The position numbers were made by a program, and so were the translations under genes. From positions 128,001 through 192,000 of the forward strand of contig CAVWHX010000003.1 in NCBI GenBank assembly GCA_963754925.1: a stretch of 64,000 bases of DNA, given 5' to 3'. Shown piece by piece: positions 60,598 through 64,000 of the stretch (positions are counted from its first letter, which is position 1; the number at the start of each line of letters is the position of its first letter). The DNA comes from an uncultured delta proteobacterium (GTDB taxonomy: Bacteria; Myxococcota; B64-G9). Under the pieces are notes generated by a model, which saw only the letters and a list, made by a program, of their open reading frames with translations, did no database searches and was not told the DNA's origin.

Positions 60598-61983
60598 ATG
60601 TCTGCGAAGATACTGATAGCCGATAATGAGCAGAATATCTGCAAGGTGTTGGCGGCAACCTTGCGGCGCGAAGGGTATGACGTGGTGACCGCGTCCGATG
60701 GCGACGAGGCAATTGGTCTCATTTCCTCGGGCACCATCCAAGTAGTGGTAACGGACTTGAAAATGCCCAAGGTGGACGGTTTGGAGGTCTTGCGGTACGT
60801 CCAGAAGACGTTCCCGCACCTACCGGTTATTATCATCACCGCCCACGGCACCGTCGACAACGCGGTCCAGGCCCTCAAGAGCGGCGCCTTCGACTACATC
60901 ACGAAGCCCTTCGAAAAATCTGACCTCATTCAGATCATCACCAAAGCAGTCAAGACCGAATCGCTTTCCCAAAAGGATTTTGCGACTATCCCCGCCGACG
61001 CCGGCCGCTACCGCATCATCGGGCAGACCCAGCGTATGAAAGATATCTACGACATCATCGAGAAGGTGGCCGACACCCCTTCGACGGTCATGATCACCGG
61101 CGAAAGCGGCACCGGAAAGGAATTAATCGCCGCGGCGCTCCACTACCATTCCCGCCGGCGGGAGCGCGCCTTTATCAAGATAAATTGCGCTGCCATTCCG
61201 CGTGAGTTGATGGAAAGCGAGCTCTTTGGCTATGAGAAAGGCGCTTTTACCGGCGCCGTGTCATCGAAGCCGGGCCGGTTTGAATTGGCCGACGGCGGGA
61301 CGTTGTTTTTGGACGAGATTGCCGAAATTCCGGTTGAGATGCAGGTTAAACTCATGCGGGCGCTGCAGGAAAGCGAATTCGAACGCGTGGGCGGCACCGT
61401 CACCATCCGGGTCGACGTGCGCTTGGTGGTCGCAACCAACCGAGACCTGGGTAAAGAGGTCGAAGAGGGACGCTTCCGCGATGATCTCTTCTATCGCCTT
61501 AACGTCGTCCCCATCCACCTGCCCCCCTTGAGGGAACGCCGCGCTGACATTCCGCTCCTCGTTGAACATTTTATCGGCAAGTACAACGCGCGCCTCAACC
61601 GCACCATAAAAGGCATCGCACCTGATGCGCTCAGCATGATTCTCAATTACCGCTGGCCCGGCAACATCCGTGAGCTCGAAAATGTCATCGAACGTTCGAT
61701 CGTATTTTGTGAGCGCGAAACCATCCAGGTCAAGAACCTCCCCGAGACGCTGTCGGAGCACCCTGCGCCAACCGCGCCCGGTGCCATCGCTGCTATGACC
61801 GAAGACAGCTCCATGAAGGATATTGTCAAGCACGCTACCGTAGAAATCGAGAAGAGCTTAATCGTTAAAGCTTTGGCCGAGACCAAGGACAATGTCACCC
61901 AGGCAGCCAAAAAACTGAAGATTAGCCGGAAGAGCCTTCAAAACAAAATGAAGGAGTTTGGCTTGCGGGGGACAGACGACTGA
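60598..61983 (+). CDS. NtrC-family sigma54-dependent response regulator
   Basis: Receiver domain (TDLKMP), [22 protein letters not shown] and Fis-type HTH. Confidence 0.96.
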   Translation: MSAKILIADNEQNICKVLAATLRREGYDVVTASDGDEAIGLISSGTIQVVVTDLKMPKVDGLEVLRYVQKTFPHLPVIIITAHGTVDNAVQALKSGAFDYITKPFEKSDLIQIITKAVKTESLSQKDFATIPADAGRYRIIGQTQRMKDIYDIIEKVADTPSTVMITGESGTGKELIAAALHYHSRRRERAFIKINCAAIPRELMESELFGYEKGAFTGAVSSKPGRFELADGGTLFLDEIAEIPVEMQVKLMRALQESEFERVGGTVTIRVDVRLVVATNRDLGKEVEEGRFRDDLFYRLNVVPIHLPPLRERRADIPLLVEHFIGKYNARLNRTIKGIAPDALSMILNYRWPGNIRELENVIERSIVFCERETIQVKNLPETLSEHPAPTAPGAIAAMTEDSSMKDIVKHATVEIEKSLIVKALAETKDNVTQAAKKLKISRKSLQNKMKEFGLRGTDD

Positions 61984-62064
61984 CCAATACTCTTGACAGC
62001 CTCGCCGATTGCACTGTATTCAATTGCAAATTCAATCCGTTGCACATGATTGAGGAGGCACGCC

Positions 62065-63276
62065 ATGAGGTTCTGGCTCGGCATGATAGCGTTGCTGCCA
62101 GTGCTCATGCATCCCGCTGGAGGATATAGTGCTGAGATCACCGATGTGATTGACGCGGCCGACGATAACGATCCCTTTGATTTGAATATTGATGTACGGT
62201 TTCACTCAACCCTTGAACGCGCCAAAATAACCCGTGAGATAAGCGGCGGAAGTGGTTGGAAGAATAGTACCAATCCTGTCACCAATCAGCCCGATTACAA
62301 TGCGTTGCATTACCAAAATCAGATCTATTCTATGGACTATATGATCGAAATCGGCTTGTACCACGATCTCGAACTGTACGTGAACCTTCCGTGGATTATC
62401 AAAGACAACCGAAAAATAAGCTTGGTCGCCGATTATGGATCGGATCCCAAAACCCTCTATTACGGTTTATTTACCGAATCAGAAATCGCAAACCGTTCCT
62501 CCCCAAGCACCGAACGATCCGGCATCGGCGACGTTACGGTTGGGGTAAAGTGGGCGCCATTCAACAGCGAACGCGCCTACAGCGTAAGCACGTGGGTGAT
62601 TGGTCTTGATTACATCATCCCCTCCGGCAAGCTTGCCTACCCGAATGATATCATCGGCGGCAAAACCGGCGGGGTTGGGCTCGGGCACCATCAATTGGTT
62701 CCTTACATGCTTTTCTCCCACCGATTCAGGGTGCTTGATCCCTACTGCGGCATTCACGCTACCATTCCCATCCAGGGCGCCGAAGCCAAGGAAAAAGGCT
62801 TTGAAATACCGTACCATGGCGGATTTCTGGTCGGTATGGAAATCGTCCCGTGGGAAAATACCGCTACGCACATGAAGTTTGCGATTGATATTCGGTTCGA
62901 AAGCGAGTTCGTTGCCGGCATTCAAAACAGACCTTCTGCAAGTCCCCGCGGAACGGTCAACGAATTGAGTGATTTTCTCGATGCCCACACGAACGATGCG
63001 TCAAACCCGTTCGACGCGGGCAAGCGCCAACTTCAATCAACCAGCGAGTACGCCCAATTTGGCATATACCTCGGTTTCATCTTGAGAATTACGGAGTATG
63101 GGCAGTTGCGCGTTGGGGCAAGCCTGTCACATAATACCGAGCACTTCATCACCGGGACCGAAGGATCGACTGAAACCAATGAAAACGCTCCCGACTACAA
63201 TAACACCGGCAGCCGCTTCCGCGTCGAGGAAACCACCCTGGTTACCTACTGGGTGAATGGAACGGTTCTGTTTTAG
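62065..63276 (+). CDS. Hypothetical secreted protein, probable outer-membrane beta-barrel
   Basis: GAGGAGG RBS, signal peptide, GIGDVTVGVKW strand, C-terminal Phe. Confidence 0.65.
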   Translation: MRFWLGMIALLPVLMHPAGGYSAEITDVIDAADDNDPFDLNIDVRFHSTLERAKITREISGGSGWKNSTNPVTNQPDYNALHYQNQIYSMDYMIEIGLYHDLELYVNLPWIIKDNRKISLVADYGSDPKTLYYGLFTESEIANRSSPSTERSGIGDVTVGVKWAPFNSERAYSVSTWVIGLDYIIPSGKLAYPNDIIGGKTGGVGLGHHQLVPYMLFSHRFRVLDPYCGIHATIPIQGAEAKEKGFEIPYHGGFLVGMEIVPWENTATHMKFAIDIRFESEFVAGIQNRPSASPRGTVNELSDFLDAHTNDASNPFDAGKRQLQSTSEYAQFGIYLGFILRITEYGQLRVGASLSHNTEHFITGTEGSTETNENAPDYNNTGSRFRVEETTLVTYWVNGTVLF

Positions 63277-63292
63277 CACGCCCCTGGAGTCG

Positions 63293-64000
63293 CTAGGACA
63301 TGAGGCGATCGACAGCCTGGTCGCGAGACTCTTCAAATTGCAGATTATACAGCCGGCGATAGACGCCGCCGCGGTCGAGCAATTCTTCATGGTTGCCGGA
63401 CTCAACGATGCGCCCCTCGTCCAGCACCAAAATACGATCCGAGCGACGAATGGTCGAGAGGCGGTGGGCGATGACCACAGTGGTGCGATCGCGCATCAAC
63501 ACCTCCAGGGCGTTCTGAACCTCGCGTTCGCTCTCGCTGTCGAGCGATGAGGTGGCCTCGTCCAAAATCAATATCGGCGCGTCGCGCATTAATGCCCGCG
63601 CGATCGCGATGCGCTGCCGTTGGCCGCCCGAGAGTTTGATGCCGCCCTCGCCGATGCGGGTCTCAAAACCCTGCGGCAGCGCCTCGATGAATTCCAATGC
63701 ATTGGCCCGCCGAGCTACATCAAGCAGGCGCTTCCTATCAACGCGCTTGAGTCCGTAGGCCAGGTTCCCCTCGACCGTATCATTGAACAACAGCACTTCC
63801 TGGGTCACCATCCCGAGCAGGCCACGTAGCGAAGGCAACCGCAGATCGCGGATATCGACACCATCAATAGTGATGCGCCCGCCGGTAACATCAAAAAATC
63901 GCGGGATCAGGTTCACCAGCGTCGACTTGCCCGCGCCGCTGGCGCCGACGATGGCCAGCACTTCCCCGCGTCGGGCGGCAAACGACACTCCCTTGAGCAC
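63293..64000 (-). CDS. MsbA-like ABC exporter, C-terminal nucleotide-binding domain (partial)
   Basis: GASGAGKST, LSGGQRQR, LDEATSSLD, IAHRLST. Truncated by the window edge. Confidence 0.9.
   Translation of the reverse strand: MLKGVSFAARRGEVLAIVGASGAGKSTLVNLIPRFFDVTGGRITIDGVDIRDLRLPSLRGLLGMVTQEVLLFNDTVEGNLAYGLKRVDRKRLLDVARRANALEFIEALPQGFETRIGEGGIKLSGGQRQRIAIARALMRDAPILILDEATSSLDSESEREVQNALEVLMRDRTTVVIAHRLSTIRRSDRILVLDEGRIVESGNHEELLDRGGVYRRLYNLQFEESRDQAVDRLMS

Overview
Core-chromosome window of a diderm bacterium that looks deltaproteobacterial (Myxococcota/Desulfobacterota-like; this is inferred from gene order and gene families). It holds the end of the nusA-infB operon, psd/uvrD, yraN-comEA, rsmI, a MoxR-VWA pair, a CPA2 K+ antiporter, polA, csp, LysM-dprA-topA-trmFO-rlmI-pgeF, the ffh-rpsP-khpA-rimM-trmD-rplS-(SMC-like)-rnhB operon, mlaFD, a ThiC-family gene, two tRNAs, mazG, rpsT, leuS-lptE-holA, cydAB, a degenerate PEPCK, a MinD-like ATPase with a J-like/HTH partner, an acyl-CoA ligase, a kinase with a sigma54 regulator and an MsbA-like ABC fragment. 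Six genes (infB, yraN, trmD, rplS, rpsT, acyl-CoA ligase) and probably rnhB carry single frameshifts, several in short A-runs, which points to long-read assembly error rather than biology. I found no CRISPR array, rRNA, prophage or transposase. The most interesting signals are: (1) a ~55-bp two-hairpin module found in tandem and nested inside a REP doublet and a ~320-bp MITE; (2) a DnaA-box cluster with an AT-rich tract and no dnaA in the window; (3) a non-flagellar MinD/FlhG ATPase coupled to an HPD-less J-domain/HTH protein; (4) a membrane-anchored SMC-like ATPase inside the ribosomal operon; (5) a probable PEPCK pseudo-enzyme; (6) a long MlaD with a probable C-terminal beta-barrel; (7) a probable ATT start codon. 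All calls come from reading the sequence and ORF track; no searches were run.
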